A stretch of DNA of 64,000 nucleotides from Anaerolineae bacterium (GCA_050949345.1 JBMNFN010000001.1:706931-770930), one strand, 5' to 3'; positions 9,752-24,793 are shown, counted from the first letter of the stretch. The notes: generated from the sequence alone by a model not told the origin. Made by a program: numbers and translations.

Positions 9752-12229
9752 ATGAGCACTGTTGTCATTGTCGGTGGAGTGGCAGGAGGAGCGACCGCAG
9801 CGGCCCGGCTGCGCAGGCTGGACGAATTCGCCGAGATCATCATCATCGAACGCGGGCAACACGTGTCTTTTGCCAACTGTGGGCTGCCTTATCACATCGG
9901 CGGCGTCATCAAGCAGCGCGACGCGCTGCTGTTGGCGACGCCCGAAAGCCTCCGCAGCACCTATAACATCGACGTCCGTGTGCAGCAGGAAGCGCAGGCC
10001 ATCGATCCCGAGGCTCACACGCTGACGGTGCGTAACCTCGTTACGGGTGAAGCCTACGAGCTGCATTATGACAAATTGATCCTTTCCCCCGGCGCCGCAC
10101 CCATCGTGCCCCCCTTGCCCGGCGTGGACCTGGACGGCGTGTTTACCCTGCGCAATATCGCCGATATGGACCAGATTCTGGCGCGCCTGGATACCCAGCC
10201 CAGAGATGCGCTGGTGGTGGGCGGTGGCTTTATCGGTCTGGAGATGGCAGAGAACCTCACCGCGCGCGGCCTGAACGTCGCCCTGGTGGAGATGGTGCCT
10301 CAGGTCATGGCGCCCATCGACCCGGACATGGCCGCTCTGGTGCATCGTGAGCTGCGACGCAACAACATCCGTCTGGCGCTGGGCGATGGCCTGCAGTCCA
10401 TCGAGCGCGCCCCCGACGGGCGTTTGACCGTGCGCCTGGCCAGCGGCCGCGCGGCAGAGGCGGATCTCGTAATGCTGGCCATCGGCGTGCGTCCCGAGAC
10501 GCAGTTGGCCAAAGCGGCCGGGCTGGAGCTTGGCCCGCGGGGCCACATCGTGGTGGACCCGTATATGCAGACCTCGCAGCCCGACATTCTGGCCGTGGGC
10601 GACGCGATCCAGGTCACGGATCCGGTGCTGAACCGGCTCACGGCAGTGCCTCTGGCAGGCCCGGCCAACTGGCAGGCCCGCATCGCTGCCGACACCATCG
10701 TCGGGCGCAAGGTGGCCTACCGCGGCACCTTTGGCGCCGCCATCGTCAAAGTGTATGACCTGACCATCGGCTGTGTGGGCGCAAACAGCCGTACGCTGGA
10801 CCAGGCGGGCATCGCCTACCGCACCAGTGTGACCCACTCTTATGACCACGCCGGCTACTATCCCGGCGCCACCCAGCAGACCATCAAGCTGCTGTACGCC
10901 ACGGAGGATGGCCGGCTGCTGGGCGCCCAGGCAGTGGGCATGCACGCCATCGATCGTACCATCGACGTGTTAGCCACGGCCCTCAGCCAGCGGGCGACGG
11001 TGTATGACCTGGAGCACCTCGAGCTGGCCTATGCCCCGCCCTTTGGCGCCGCCAAAGATCCGGTGAACATCGCGGGTTACATCGCCGCAGGCGCGCTGCG
11101 GGGCGACACTACGCCCGTCTCCTGCCAGGAGGTGGCAGCGCTAGACCCCACCCAGGCCACCTTGATCGACGTGAGGACCGATCTGGAGTGGGGACTGGGA
11201 CACATGGAGGGTGCTCTGCACATTCCGCAGGCGCAATTGCGCAGCCGGCTGGGCGAGCTGGACCGCGGACAGCGCTACATCACCTACTGCACCGTAGGAC
11301 AACGCTCTTATGTTTCTGAACGGGTGCTCAAACAGCACGGCTTGGACGCGGGCTCGCTCTCCGGAGGGTACGCGCATTACGAGGTGGCCACCGAGCAGCA
11401 GGATAATTGGGACAGCTGGAGGCCGCCCGAGTCCAAACTGAACGCCACCCCTGCATCACAGAGCAACCCTGTGGCGGCAGCGCCGGTGGCCGCCCAATCG
11501 GTGATCGAGCTCGACGCTTGCGGTTTGCAGTGCCCCGGGCCGATCATGGCCGTGTACCGTCGCATGCAAGAGCTCGAGCCCGGGCAGGTGCTGCAGGCCC
11601 GTGCCACCGATCAGGGGTTTGTGCGCGATGTGGCTACCTGGGCGGAGAGCACGGGCAATCGACTGTTGGACCTGACCCAGGACAAGGGCGTTATCACCGC
11701 CACGCTGGTCAAGGGCGAGGCGCTGCCCGAGCTGCAGGCAAGCCCCAGTGGCGCACTGCCCCGTGGCAAGACGCTGATCGTCTTTTCTGGAGATCTGGAT
11801 CACGCCATGGCAGCCATGATCATCGCCAACGGTGCCGCGGCCATGGGCCAACCGGTGAGCGTGTTCTTTACTTTCTGGGGTCTGAACCTGCTGCGCCGGC
11901 CCGACGGACCCACCCCGGCCAAGACCTTTATCGAGCGCATGTTTGGCTGGATGATGCCTCGCGGCGCACGACGCGTTCGCCTCTCCAACCTCAACATGCT
12001 GGGGCTGGGCACGGCCATGATGAAGGGCGTGATGCGCTCAAAGAATATCGACACGCTCGAGTCCCTGATCGCCTCTGCCCAGCAGGTGGGGGTCCGCCTG
12101 ATCGCCTGCCAGATGACCATGGACATGATGGGCATCAAGCCAGAAGAGCTGATCGACGGCGTCGAAATCGGCGGCGTGGCGACGATGCTGGGAGAAACGG
12201 ACAAGGGTAACGGCACCTGGTTTATCTAG
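9752..12229 (+). CDS. Four-domain CoA-disulfide/persulfide reductase: FAD/NAD(P) pyridine-nucleotide disulfide oxidoreductase (CoADR-type) - rhodanese - TusA-like - DsrE/DsrF-like
   Basis: VVIVGGVAGG FAD fold. Single-Cys CoADR active site SFANCGLPY. Rhodanese loop YCTVGQRS. TusA CPxP motif (LQCPGP). DsrE-like tail with conserved Cys (IACQMT). Confidence 0.85.
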   Translation: MSTVVIVGGVAGGATAAARLRRLDEFAEIIIIERGQHVSFANCGLPYHIGGVIKQRDALLLATPESLRSTYNIDVRVQQEAQAIDPEAHTLTVRNLVTGEAYELHYDKLILSPGAAPIVPPLPGVDLDGVFTLRNIADMDQILARLDTQPRDALVVGGGFIGLEMAENLTARGLNVALVEMVPQVMAPIDPDMAALVHRELRRNNIRLALGDGLQSIERAPDGRLTVRLASGRAAEADLVMLAIGVRPETQLAKAAGLELGPRGHIVVDPYMQTSQPDILAVGDAIQVTDPVLNRLTAVPLAGPANWQARIAADTIVGRKVAYRGTFGAAIVKVYDLTIGCVGANSRTLDQAGIAYRTSVTHSYDHAGYYPGATQQTIKLLYATEDGRLLGAQAVGMHAIDRTIDVLATALSQRATVYDLEHLELAYAPPFGAAKDPVNIAGYIAAGALRGDTTPVSCQEVAALDPTQATLIDVRTDLEWGLGHMEGALHIPQAQLRSRLGELDRGQRYITYCTVGQRSYVSERVLKQHGLDAGSLSGGYAHYEVATEQQDNWDSWRPPESKLNATPASQSNPVAAAPVAAQSVIELDACGLQCPGPIMAVYRRMQELEPGQVLQARATDQGFVRDVATWAESTGNRLLDLTQDKGVITATLVKGEALPELQASPSGALPRGKTLIVFSGDLDHAMAAMIIANGAAAMGQPVSVFFTFWGLNLLRRPDGPTPAKTFIERMFGWMMPRGARRVRLSNLNMLGLGTAMMKGVMRSKNIDTLESLIASAQQVGVRLIACQMTMDMMGIKPEELIDGVEIGGVATMLGETDKGNGTWFI

Positions 12230-12285
12230 ACAGCATCCCCTGACGAAGGAGAGAGAACAGGCCACCGACACCGGTGGCCTGTTGC

Positions 12286-14808
12286 TTATTGCGGCGTCGC
12301 CGCAGTGCGATACAGCTTGCGGTACCAGCTATAGTTCTCATAGATCAGCCGCACATAGTCGTGCGCCTGTTGCGAAGGCAACGTCTCCCAAAAGAGGTCG
12401 TGGTCGGTGATGGTGCCACCACCGCTCCACTCTTTGAGGTTGCCTGGGCCGGCATTGTAGGCCACCAGCGCGGCGATCCAGTCGCGGTCATACAGGTTGA
12501 TCAAAAAGTTCATGAACCAGGCGCTGTAACGCAGGTTCAGGTAAGGACGCACCAGCAGGCCCACGGCATAGTCCTCGGGTCCGATCTGCGAGGCGATCCA
12601 CTCGCCGGTAGGAGGCATGATCTGGGCCAGGCCTACCGCTCCGGCATAGGAGCGGGCATGGGTGTCAAAGAGGCTCTCCTGCCGCACCAGCGCCAGCATC
12701 AGCAGCGGATCCAGATCATAGTGCCGAGCGTACTCGGCGATCAGGTCGGCATAATGCACCGGATAGGCCAACAGCCGCAGGGCGTCGGGTGGCTGTGCCG
12801 CACCGGCCTCATTCCCCAAACGCAAGAGACGCTGTGCGGCCCAGATCTCGGTGGAATAGGCACGCCATGACTCGGCAGCCTGCGCCAGCTCCACCAGCCA
12901 AAAAGGTCGGTCTCGCACTACCTGGCGAAGATGCAGATCGCTTTCGCGAGCCTCCTGAAACCACTCCAGGTGGTACAGCGCCTCCGTCTCGTGAAAGGCA
13001 GGATCGTCGGTGAGCACCGAGTCATCAGCAGGTGTCCAGGAAGAAACCCATGCCTCGAGCCCCTCCCAGTCTTCGGGAGACAGGGCTCGGTCGAGCGCAT
13101 CTCCGCTGACACCAGACGGAAGGCGTGGCATGGTGTGCTGGAGCAGATCGGCAGCGCGCAAACCATAGTATTCGTTGGGAGCGATGCGTACCGCCTCTTG
13201 CCAAAAGATGTCCGCTTGGTCCATCTGCCCTGCCTGGCGGGCGGCAAGCCCCATCCACACGATCAGGCGCACCCGCATCACGGGATCCTGGGTGGCGTCC
13301 AGCCGGGCACGCCAGGTGTTGGAGGCGCTGTACGGATCCCGCATGGCGTACCAGGCCAGGCCCTGGCGAAAGGCGGCGTCCGCGGCACGCTTGTCGGCAG
13401 GATACTTGTCCGCCAGCAGCCCGTAATAGTCAGCAGCCAGCTTCCAGTTGCCCGCATCCTCAGAGGCATTGGCAGCCCGCCACAGCGCCTCTGCCGCCCT
13501 GGGATGATCGGGATGATTCACATAGAACTCGTGATAAAAGCCAGAAGAATCTGCCCCGCTGGCGCCAATGGTAAAGGCGCGGGCAAACCAGGCCTCTGCC
13601 AACAGCGCCTGATCGCCAGCGGACTCGGTAGCGGCGCGCAGGTGTGCCAGCGCCCCTTCATAGTCCCCCTGCTTGCCCAGAGTGAGCCCGATGTAATAGT
13701 GGGCTTCGGCCTGGCCCCGCTCCGGCTTGGCATCCAGATAATAGTTCAGATACTCCAGGGCCAGGTTGTATTCCCCAGCGAAATAGTGGATCTTGCCCCG
13801 CGTCAGATCGCTCAAACCCGGGGTGGCCACGGTGCCGCTCACCGGATCTGAAGCCTCGACCTCTGCCTCGGGCGTCTCGGGCAGGGCCAGCAACTCTTTC
13901 AAGGCCAGGGTGGCGGCAAAGGTCTGCGGGCTGTTGTTGGCCACCTCGTAAAAAGTGGCCACTGCCTCCTCCTCGTGGCTGGCCTCGCGAAGCGTTTCAC
14001 CCTTGTAGTGCGTTACCAGGGCACGATAGTCCGGGATGGAGGCAAAGCTGAGAATATCGTCATACACCGTCAGCGCGCTGTTGGGGTCGCTGTTGGCACG
14101 ATAGGCACTGGCCAGTTCTGAGAGCACTTCGGCACGAAAAGAGGGCTCCAGGCGCGTTGTGTCGATCTGTTCCAGCGCATCCAGCTGGCTTCCGATGTCG
14201 TCAACGGCCTTGTGACAGGCTGCGATGCGCCACCAGACATAGGGTGCGGCAGCGGGAACGCGTGCAGCGTACTCCTCCAGTGAGGCGGCGGCCGCACGAT
14301 AGTCACCATCCGCCTGCTGCGCCGTGCCCAGCAGCCCCAGGGCATCGGCGTGGACGCTGGGGTCGGCCTCTACAGCAGCCAACCAGGAGGCCTGCCCCAT
14401 GGCCTTTTCCGTATCTCCCGCCTGGAGATAGAGCTGCGCCAGCTCCCAGGCCACCTCGGTCTGCAGTTCTGGCTCTGCGGCCGCCCCAATCTGGTTCCAC
14501 AGAGCGATGGCATGCTCCAGGTCCCCGCGCCACGCCGCCTGGCGCGCATCTTGCCGCATGCTGTCGACATCCTGTGGCTCTGCCGGAGGCGTGGCGGTGT
14601 CGATCCCTTCCAGCGGATCCTCAGGGGCTGGCTCTGGGGATGCGGTGGCGACCGGGGACTCGGCCAATGCACCCCCTGGCTCTTCACCGTTGGCCCCGGC
14701 CGTTGCCGCAGGGACCGGATCCACCGATGGCAGGCCATCACAGCCCCCCAACATGACAGCCAGCAACAGGAGCAGGACGATCAACAGGTGACAGCGGGCC
14801 CGAGTCAT
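12286..14808 (-). CDS. Lipoprotein lytic murein transglycosylase with N-terminal TPR/Sel1-like repeats and C-terminal SLT domain
   Basis: Lipobox LAVMLGGC. Repeated TPR-like helical region. C-terminal SLT motif RQESLFD...SYAGAVGLAQIMP. Confidence 0.8.
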   Translation of the reverse strand: MTRARCHLLIVLLLLLAVMLGGCDGLPSVDPVPAATAGANGEEPGGALAESPVATASPEPAPEDPLEGIDTATPPAEPQDVDSMRQDARQAAWRGDLEHAIALWNQIGAAAEPELQTEVAWELAQLYLQAGDTEKAMGQASWLAAVEADPSVHADALGLLGTAQQADGDYRAAAASLEEYAARVPAAAPYVWWRIAACHKAVDDIGSQLDALEQIDTTRLEPSFRAEVLSELASAYRANSDPNSALTVYDDILSFASIPDYRALVTHYKGETLREASHEEEAVATFYEVANNSPQTFAATLALKELLALPETPEAEVEASDPVSGTVATPGLSDLTRGKIHYFAGEYNLALEYLNYYLDAKPERGQAEAHYYIGLTLGKQGDYEGALAHLRAATESAGDQALLAEAWFARAFTIGASGADSSGFYHEFYVNHPDHPRAAEALWRAANASEDAGNWKLAADYYGLLADKYPADKRAADAAFRQGLAWYAMRDPYSASNTWRARLDATQDPVMRVRLIVWMGLAARQAGQMDQADIFWQEAVRIAPNEYYGLRAADLLQHTMPRLPSGVSGDALDRALSPEDWEGLEAWVSSWTPADDSVLTDDPAFHETEALYHLEWFQEARESDLHLRQVVRDRPFWLVELAQAAESWRAYSTEIWAAQRLLRLGNEAGAAQPPDALRLLAYPVHYADLIAEYARHYDLDPLLMLALVRQESLFDTHARSYAGAVGLAQIMPPTGEWIASQIGPEDYAVGLLVRPYLNLRYSAWFMNFLINLYDRDWIAALVAYNAGPGNLKEWSGGGTITDHDLFWETLPSQQAHDYVRLIYENYSWYRKLYRTAATPQ

Positions 14809-14813
14809 CACGA

Positions 14814-15593
14814 TCACGATGCTGCCCCCGGCAAACCGGGTTTACGCGCCACCCAAAAGGCCCGCGGCGTCACCTCATCCGGTCGGTTCAGAGTAAAGCA
14901 GCGATACACCGCCTCTACCTGCAGCCCGGCATCACGCATGAGCGTGGAAATGTGTTCCACGGGATACGCCTGCTCAACGTGCGTTTCCTGAATTTTGCGA
15001 TAGAGCGCATCGACGCGCTCAAAGCAGGTGACCTGCACCGTGGAGCGGTGTCGCTCATAGTCATGTGAGCTGGCCATGATAACCGTCATGTCGGGGTTAT
15101 CGGTAACCCAGGCGCCCTCATCCCAGTAGTTCTCCAGGGCATAGGCGGTGTTCATGTCGCACAGAAACAGCCCTCCCGGATCGAGGGCGCCGCTGACATG
15201 CGCAAACACCGCTGCCAGGTCGGCCTCACACAGCATATAGTTGAGGCTGTCATAGAGACAGGTCGCCAGGCTGACCCGCTGATCCAGCGCAAAGGTGCGC
15301 ATATCGGCCTGCTGCCAGCGGATGGCGCTCGGCGCCAGCGCGCTGCCCAAAGCCTCCTGCTTGATGCGCGCCTCGTGCAGCATGTCGGCGGACTGGTCTA
15401 CACCGATCACCTGCCAGCCCTGCAGCGCCAGGGCGATGGCGACCGTGCCGGTGCCGCATGCCAGATCGAGCATGGCACCATGCCGGGTGGGGTGTCGCTC
15501 CAGCACACTGGCCAGATAGGGGATCATGCGCTCACTGAACGCGAGTTGACCGGAACGGTCGTAAACCGAGGCGTATTCGCGATAGATCGACAC
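14814..15593 (-). CDS. Class I SAM-dependent methyltransferase
   Basis: Motif I LDLACGTG, an acidic residue at the end of beta-2 (GVDQS), FLCDMN post-motif. Confidence 0.75.
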   Translation of the reverse strand: MSIYREYASVYDRSGQLAFSERMIPYLASVLERHPTRHGAMLDLACGTGTVAIALALQGWQVIGVDQSADMLHEARIKQEALGSALAPSAIRWQQADMRTFALDQRVSLATCLYDSLNYMLCEADLAAVFAHVSGALDPGGLFLCDMNTAYALENYWDEGAWVTDNPDMTVIMASSHDYERHRSTVQVTCFERVDALYRKIQETHVEQAYPVEHISTLMRDAGLQVEAVYRCFTLNRPDEVTPRAFWVARKPGLPGAAS

Positions 15594-15687
15594 GCTAAAG
15601 GAACTCCCTCAATCTGAGTGAAGAACGCAACCTGTCCCTGATTATAGGGGCCGCAGAGCCCCTCCGCAACCCCCTGACCCCATGCTG

Positions 15688-15715
15688 TTGACACTGAAAA
15701 GGGCTGCCATATACT
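15688..15715 (+). promoter_or_regulatory. Sigma-70 promoter (TTGACA-16/17-TATACT) driving a leaderless GNAT transcript
   Basis: TTGACA 15688-15693, TATACT 15710-15715. The ATG at 15723 lies only about 7 nt downstream of the -10, leaving no room for an SD. Confidence 0.5.
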
Positions 15716-15722
15716 AGAGGAC

Positions 15723-16541
15723 ATGGCTCGCATAGAGATTCGGCGTGCCCTCCCCACCGCCCACGACGCGGCTGCGTTTGCCCGCGTCGAACGGACAACC
15801 CTTGGCGACAGCGACCTCTCACCACAAGAAATGCTTTTGGTTCTGCGTCGTGCGGAGCAATACGTCTATCTCGCCATGGCGGACGATCGCGCAGTCGGTG
15901 TGCTGGCCACTTGCGAGACTGGGGCGCAAGGCGGTATCCGTCTCGAGTTGGACATGCTGGGGGTGCTGACGGCGTGGCGGAACATGGGCATCGCCGGGTC
16001 GCTGGTGGCTGCCGCCCTGCACGATGGCCGTAGCAGAGGATGTACTTCATTTCGCGCAGTGGTGGCTGCCGACAACCTGGCCAGCCAAAAGGTGATGGCA
16101 CGGGCGGGGCTGGAAACCAGTGCCAGTGGGCAGAGCCTGCTGACGCAGGTCTTTGCCGATGATCCCGCCTCACTCCAATTGCCGCGGGGCTGGACGGTGC
16201 GCCTGGTGGCTGATCTGGCGCAGAGCGCCCCAGAGAACAGGGACTGGGCGCTGCCGGGCCACTGGGGCCTGTATCTTTCCGATGAGAGCGGCCGCGAGGT
16301 CGCTGCTGCGGCGCTCTTGCCTGTACAGACCATGGCTTGCGCCTCCTGCTGGATCGAAAAACTCGTCGTGCGTGATCCCGAGGCGGGGCAAATCCTGTTC
16401 CGGGCTGCTGCGGTAGCGGCTCAGAGGCGAGGCCGCGACGAGATCGGCGTCCTCCTGCCCAGGGACTCTGCACCAGAGGCAGCAGCCCTTGCCGCGGGCT
16501 ACCAAAGCGGCGGCGTCTATCACATCCTGATGGGATCCTGA
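15723..16541 (+). CDS. GNAT-family N-acetyltransferase (tandem acyl-CoA N-acyltransferase folds)
   Basis: GNAT-like core (RNMGIAGSLVAAAL..., QRRGRDEIGVLL). Coding-like composition in contrast to the arginine/proline-rich antisense ORF 15595..16551. Confidence 0.55.
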   Translation: MARIEIRRALPTAHDAAAFARVERTTLGDSDLSPQEMLLVLRRAEQYVYLAMADDRAVGVLATCETGAQGGIRLELDMLGVLTAWRNMGIAGSLVAAALHDGRSRGCTSFRAVVAADNLASQKVMARAGLETSASGQSLLTQVFADDPASLQLPRGWTVRLVADLAQSAPENRDWALPGHWGLYLSDESGREVAAAALLPVQTMACASCWIEKLVVRDPEAGQILFRAAAVAAQRRGRDEIGVLLPRDSAPEAAALAAGYQSGGVYHILMGS

Positions 16542-16542
16542 G

Positions 16543-17232
16543 ATGGAGCAATTGAAAAAGTTCTGGCCGCTGCTCCTCGGTGCGGCGGCTCTGGTCGCCT
16601 TGGCGCTCTGGATACGAACCTCTGGCGTGCTGGATCGTTTTGGAGACTGGAACGCTCTGGCCACCATGACCGAAGAAGTGGGCGGTTGGATGATCGTCTT
16701 TTTGCTGGCGGCTCAGGTAGTGCAGGTGCTGGTGCCGGTGATCCCCAGCCAGCTGTTGGGCATGGCGGCGGGATTCCTGTATGGCATCGTGGGGGGCACC
16801 TTTGTCTCCTGGTTTGGGACGGCGCTGGGGGGGATTCTAGCTATCGCCCTGGCCCGTCGGTACGGCCGTCCCTTTGTGGAAAAGCACGCCAGCCCTGAAA
16901 CGATAGACGAGATCGATGCCATCGCGCGACGCTTTGGCTCGTGGGGCTTTTTCCTGGTGGCACTGATCCCCTTTATGCCCACTGACATCGGGTGCTTTGT
17001 GGCGGGGCTCACCGCGCTGCGCATGCGCTCCACCATCATCCCCATCTCTCTGGGCAGGGTCCCCGGGCTGCTGGTGCTGAGTTATCTGGGCGCCACCTCT
17101 AAAGAGATCAGCCTGGAGGCGATGGTTCTCATCAGCGCCTTTACGCTCATCGTTGCCGGGATCCTGTGGCACTATCGGGAGCGTCTCGAAGGGCTGGGGC
17201 ACCGCGTGATGCAGCGGCTCAAGCTGTACTAG
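16543..17232 (+). CDS. DedA/TVP38/SNARE-associated family membrane protein
   Basis: Multi-TM product with DedA signature regions (VIPSQLLGMAAGFLYG, LIPFMPTDIGCFVAG). Confidence 0.8.
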   Translation: MEQLKKFWPLLLGAAALVALALWIRTSGVLDRFGDWNALATMTEEVGGWMIVFLLAAQVVQVLVPVIPSQLLGMAAGFLYGIVGGTFVSWFGTALGGILAIALARRYGRPFVEKHASPETIDEIDAIARRFGSWGFFLVALIPFMPTDIGCFVAGLTALRMRSTIIPISLGRVPGLLVLSYLGATSKEISLEAMVLISAFTLIVAGILWHYRERLEGLGHRVMQRLKLY

Positions 17233-18513
17233 AGTCGCTGCCCGTACCCGAACCACCCCGGCGGGCAGCGTTGGCCTGCCTGATGGCGAGCCTGGCCTCA
17301 CGGGACGCCAGCTCCATCATGGCCCGGTGCGGATCGGCATCGGCGATCCAGCCAGAGGCAAGCGCTCGGACCGCACTCTGTACCACCCCCTGCGCCTGTG
17401 CATAGGATCTGAGATGATGCTCATAGTACTTGGCCAGCTCCACATAGGGATACAGCACGCCATCCTGCAGTGCGTCCTGCCACACCGCTGCCGCCTCTGA
17501 CAGGCGGCCCTGCCTCTTGAGCAGCGCCCCCAGCCGCTGGCGCGCCTCGCGCTGCACCAGCGGATCCGCGCTGGAGGCGGCCCGGCGGTAGGCCTCCAGT
17601 GCCTCCTCAGCCGCGGCGTCAGCCTCGTGCAGGCGGCCTACCGCCAGCGGATCGTGGTGGGCACCGCCGCCCCGGGAGCGCTGAGGATCGAGGCTGCCAT
17701 CAGCGTGCACCAGCAGAGTTACCATACTCAAAACGTCCAGTTTGTTGTGATAGAAAATGCCCTCCATCTCCCGGGGATCGCCGGTCATCTGGTACTGCCG
17801 ATAGATGTCGGGGATCAGGTAGCCGGGAATGTCCAGGCTGTCCCGTACCACACCCAGCACGCCAGTCTCCAATGCGCTGAGCGCACAGGAAGGTGAAAAG
17901 CGTCGCCAGAGGCGCCGGGCCACCGGCAGCAGATCCAGATGAGGCACACGGTACAACGGCGTTCGCGCATAGCCGTTCAGCACATAACGGGTTTCCAGCA
18001 GGGGCAGGTCAAAAGTGCGCCCGTTAAAGGTCACCACACCCGTGGTGGCTGCCAGGTCGTGCTCTAACAGCTCCAGCAAGAGTGCCTCGTCACCATAGTC
18101 AGGGGCCAGGTACTGTCGCACCTGGATGCCCTGCGCCTCGCGCCGGGCGGTACCCACCATGAAGCAAAAGGTGCCCGGTCCTCGCCCAAGGCCGGTGGTT
18201 TCGGTATCCAGGAAGAGCGCCCCGCGGACGTCAAAGGGCTCGGGCGGTTGAAAGAGTACGCTGGCCCACCGTGTCGCGTCGACCTGCTCCAGCTCGACCA
18301 AGGCGTGCTGGCCGTGGTGGTCGCTCCAGGTGCGGTGTGCCTCGGCCACAAACACGCGCGCCTCGCCCCGCTCGACCCAGGACCCATCAACAAGATCTTC
18401 CAGAGGCGGATACCGCCGGGAATCCCTCGATTCCGATCCTGCAGAGCTCTGTCCACCCAGTATGCGGGCGATACGATCCAAGAGGTCCAAGCGTCCCCCC
18501 TGTAGAACGACGG

Positions 18514-18517
<4 letters not shown>
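17219..18517 (-). CDS. MrfB/YprB-like RNase H-fold 3-prime-5-prime exonuclease with C-terminal TPR domain
   Basis: DnaQ-like Exo I motif ALFLDTETTGL. C-terminal TPR-like helical repeats. The TTG start overlaps the helicase stop (cTTGAcc), so translation is coupled. The longer ORF in the track (to 18595) overlaps the helicase by 82 nt and is unlikely. Confidence 0.75.
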
Positions 18518-23204
<4,687 letters not shown>

Positions 23205-23807
23205 CTATTCCTGCTTGAGCATAAAGTCCTCGGCAGCCCAGCCCGAGGTACCCACCTCGTCCTGAACCTGCCACCAGGTAAAGCCACTGGCCTCTTTGGG
23301 ACCACCGATGATCTCGACGATCTTGCCCTCTTCCAGCAGCTTGACCACGGGGTGCTCCGTGCCTGCCTCGGCGCGCAGTCGCAGACCTGCCATGTCAGTG
23401 CAGCAAACAGCTGCCCTGTCGTTGATGGCCAGGGGCGTGCGCGGCGTGTTCGCTTCGGCCTGCTGAGCCACTGCCGTCTCGGTTGCGGCGAGATCCACCT
23501 GAGGCGCACCCTCGCCGGCCCCAGGAGTGGTGGGCGGCAGCGTCGGCAGCACAGTAGTGGCGGTTGGAGCAAAGGCATCCAAGGTGGCCTGCTCGGTGGG
23601 GCCCTGCGTGGGCTGCTCGATGACACCTACCGGCCGTGTGGCGGTTACAGTGGCCTGAGCCGTCTGCTCTGCCGGAGGCGAGAACAGCGCCCACCACAGC
23701 CCTACCACCACAAACACCACCAAAGCGGGTACAGCAACATACATCCAGCGGGGCCAGGCCTCCTGCACGGAGCGCGTACCACCGGTCCGATCATTTCTCA
23801 CGGGCAT
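23205..23807 (-). CDS. Membrane-anchored protein with C-terminal bacterial SH3 (SH3b) domain
   Basis: N-terminal TM helix (VAVPALVVFVVVGLWWALF). Low-complexity T/P/A linker. C-terminal SH3_3-like segment (KIVEIIGGPKEASGFTWWQVQDEVGTSGWAAEDFM). Confidence 0.55.
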   Translation of the reverse strand: MPVRNDRTGGTRSVQEAWPRWMYVAVPALVVFVVVGLWWALFSPPAEQTAQATVTATRPVGVIEQPTQGPTEQATLDAFAPTATTVLPTLPPTTPGAGEGAPQVDLAATETAVAQQAEANTPRTPLAINDRAAVCCTDMAGLRLRAEAGTEHPVVKLLEEGKIVEIIGGPKEASGFTWWQVQDEVGTSGWAAEDFMLKQE

Positions 23808-23935
23808 GGACCCCTCCTTTTTTCGGACTGCTCGATCGCAACCATTATAGTAGCGCCCCGGACCTTGTCAACGGTTGCAGGGCGTCAGCCAGCGACCACC
23901 TGCCGACAGATCGGTGGACGCGCCCAAAGGGCCCT

Positions 23936-24793
23936 TCACGATGTAGAGCCGGTGTGTGCACGCACATAGTCTGGCAATCCGCGAATCAGTTCGGCCTGCG
24001 CGTCGCTGAGGGATCCGTAAGCAGTCAGATCTGCCTGCATCTCTCCCTGCTCGATCAGCCAGGCAATCACTTCTTTTGCACGGGAGGATGCCAGCCCCTT
24101 GTGCTCCAGATAGCGTTCTGCCCAGATCACCAGGTCGTTGGCCCAGGTGACCCCCACAGAGGCCGGCTCGGCCACGCTGCGTCCGGCTGGAGTGCCCTGC
24201 TGCTGGGCGCGGGCAGCGCCCGCCCCGCTGAGTGGCGCAGTCGCCCGGCTGCGAGCGGTGCCGCGAGGACGCCGCTCCGCGACGTTGGCTGTCTCAAGCG
24301 AGGCTGAGGCTGACTCGGTCTGTCGCCGACGCACCCGTACGCGGCCCTGCCCATCGATGTACGGCTCGTCGATGAACTCGCGCCGCCGCGTATCGTATGA
24401 GCACCATACCGTCTCCAGCCAGTAAAGGTAGCGCCCTACCCCAAAGTGTACGGCGGCCCGCTTGAGCGCATCGGACACGGCACTCTTCCACGGGTCCGCC
24501 TGTTCCCGCTCAGAGAGGAGGTGTTCGCCGACATCCTCGCGGGTCACTCCACACACCGTCAGGCTGGATTTGACCACCAAACGATCGCCCTGCACGCCCA
24601 GCGACTCCCAGCGAAAGGACCAGTCGCCCCCAACCACCTGGTCGAGGCGCTCTGAAACCACACGGGGATCCACATAGGCAACCGCCAGGGCGCGACCTCC
24701 CTCCGAAACCACCTGCGGCTTCCAGCGCACCTGATCCTCTCGAAAGGGCTCTGCCAGCTTCCTGAGCTTTTCCTGATCCAGTATCTCGCCCAT
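23936..24793 (-). CDS. Rad52/Rad22-family single-strand annealing protein (Sak/DdrA-like)
   Basis: Rad52_Rad22 core: QVRWKPQ, LAVAYVDPRVVSERLDQVVGGDWSF, SAVSDALKRAAVHFGVGRYLY. AGGAG RBS sits 7 nt before the ATG at 24793. The longer ORF in the track (to 25042) would run through the promoter. Confidence 0.7.
   Translation of the reverse strand: MGEILDQEKLRKLAEPFREDQVRWKPQVVSEGGRALAVAYVDPRVVSERLDQVVGGDWSFRWESLGVQGDRLVVKSSLTVCGVTREDVGEHLLSEREQADPWKSAVSDALKRAAVHFGVGRYLYWLETVWCSYDTRRREFIDEPYIDGQGRVRVRRRQTESASASLETANVAERRPRGTARSRATAPLSGAGAARAQQQGTPAGRSVAEPASVGVTWANDLVIWAERYLEHKGLASSRAKEVIAWLIEQGEMQADLTAYGSLSDAQAELIRGLPDYVRAHTGSTS

Noticed and set aside
15595-16551. 318-aa minus-strand ORF overlapping the GNAT gene
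   Set aside because: Extremely Arg/Pro-rich with no motif. The + strand ORF has GNAT-like motifs and a consensus promoter, so the + strand was chosen, though with moderate confidence.
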